From: a virus | Taxonomy: Duplodnaviria > Caudoviricetes | IMG/VR virus record: IMGVR_UViG_3300033067_001837 | Span: 32,001-96,000 of that record | Length of the DNA: 64,000 bases | Direction: 5' to 3' (one strand) | Part shown: positions 63,163-64,000 of the stretch, piece after piece | Layout of the letters: every line of letters begins with the position of its first letter | Numbering within the stretch: position 1 is the stretch's first letter | Notes under the pieces: generated by a model | What the model was told of the DNA's origin: nothing | Database searches by the model: none | Seen by the model: the letters and a program-made list of their open reading frames with translations, nothing else | Position numbers and translations under genes: made by a program

Positions 63163-63364
63163 ATTTGATCGTGAAATCAATAGGGTGTTAACGCAGGTGG
63201 CGAAAGATCAGTTACAGCTCACTTCGTTGCATAATATCGATCAAAGCCCAGAGGATCGTAAGCGATTTTATCTCTGGGATATTCGGAGAGCATTGTTGGA
63301 TGCTTATCTTCGCGGATTTAAGGACGGAAAAGACGGGGTGTGTGATGACAGTAGTAGTCAGTAG
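63152..63364 (+). CDS. Hypothetical protein (DUF6900-like)
   Basis: GAGG SD; LWDIRRALLDAYLRG. Confidence 0.55.
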   Translation: MDAEFDREINRVLTQVAKDQLQLTSLHNIDQSPEDRKRFYLWDIRRALLDAYLRGFKDGKDGVCDDSSSQ

Positions 63365-63578
63365 TTATGATGGGGTGGCTCATCTGATTGAGGCGTGTTT
63401 CGATCTTCGGGGGGCGCCGTACCTTCCGGACGTGTTACCTATCGGATACGTCTACTTGGATGCAGATTTTCAGGTGCATTGTCCAGCGTGCGCAAACTTG
63501 CCGGAGGTGCGGACGTTTATGGAGTCCGCCGACCTAGTCGATGCTGACGATAAATGTGTGGTCTGCGGGGGTCTGTAA
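63345..63578 (+). CDS. Small zinc-finger protein
   Basis: CPAC...CVVC. Confidence 0.55.
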   Translation: MTVVVSSYDGVAHLIEACFDLRGAPYLPDVLPIGYVYLDADFQVHCPACANLPEVRTFMESADLVDADDKCVVCGGL

Positions 63579-63668
63579 TCCTCTCTTCTGCGCCTGGGAT
63601 TTTTATTCCGGGCGCATCGGAGAGGGTTGCATGGGGCGGCTCTCTGTTGAACTTAGAGGTGTGTAATA

Positions 63669-64000
63669 ATGACTGCTATGACTCTTTCTGCCGCCAAACA
63701 AATAATCCGGGATGCTCGCGAGCATGTATCTCGGTTAGGGAAATTTGAAGGTCAGGAACCGTGGGTAGCGGCGCTCTATTGCTCGGACTGGTGGGGGTGT
63801 GAGGATGAATATGCAGGTGATGAGATGACGTGGTGTGGTCTCTGGATCATGCCGTGGGATGAAGTACGGGCCGAACAGGCGGATGATTCATACTGGTTTT
63901 TGCTATTCCGTGAATTACGGGGTTCTACGTGTATCACTGTATCTGAATCAGAATACGGGTTTGTGACAGGGGAGGTTCACTTCGAGTCCGTGGATAAGGT
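63669..64000 (+). CDS. Hypothetical protein, runs off the window
   Basis: GAGGTG SD; MTAMTLSAAKQ...GKFEG...SEYGFV open to the edge. Confidence 0.6.
   Translation, partial: MTAMTLSAAKQIIRDAREHVSRLGKFEGQEPWVAALYCSDWWGCEDEYAGDEMTWCGLWIMPWDEVRAEQADDSYWFLLFRELRGSTCITVSESEYGFVTGEVHFESVDK

Noticed and set aside
1-64000. Alternative genetic code (stop-codon reassignment), suggested by in-frame stops at 46489 and 56226
   Set aside because: Long genes are intact in the standard code and TGA/TAG end many tightly coupled genes, so these stops are local lesions.
1-64000. CRISPR array, integrase or repressor module, diversity-generating retroelement
   Set aside because: No regularly spaced repeats, recombinase motifs, reverse transcriptase or template/variable repeat pair were recognised. 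A computational repeat search would be needed to exclude short TR/VR pairs.

Overview
This window is part of a tailed dsDNA phage genome, probably podovirus-like because no tape-measure or sheath gene is seen. From about 60.4 kb down to position 1 the minus strand carries the packaging and morphogenesis genes in this order: terS, a RepL-like HTH gene, terL with two inteins, portal, an inserted block (Bro-N/nuclease behind a C4-like antisense RNA leader, class II ribonucleotide reductase with two inteins, split KilA-N/GIY-YIG gene), GroES-like chaperonin, tRNA-Met, scaffold, major capsid protein, lysozyme and holin, tail/receptor-binding genes, adaptor and ejection-type proteins. The block ends in a giant ORF of at least 5,615 codons (16847 to <1) that the ORF track missed because it runs off the window edge. 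It is a polyvalent/DarB-like protein with Dam-like methyltransferase, SF2 helicase, three zincin-type motifs, ART-like, GNAT-like, LPD23-like and PLxRFG-like regions. Small early-type genes run on the plus strand from 60.6 kb. The most unusual observations are: (1) an intact HNH endonuclease ORF overprinted in the +1 frame inside a terminase intein; (2) three SD-led, protein-like small genes nested in the +1 frame of the giant ORF, each right after a globular domain, possibly built-in partner or immunity genes; (3) regulatory elements, namely a recurrent 5-bp hairpin in late-gene leaders, a palindromic operator in four promoter spacers and a C4-like antisense switch. All family assignments come from motif recognition by eye; no database searches were run.
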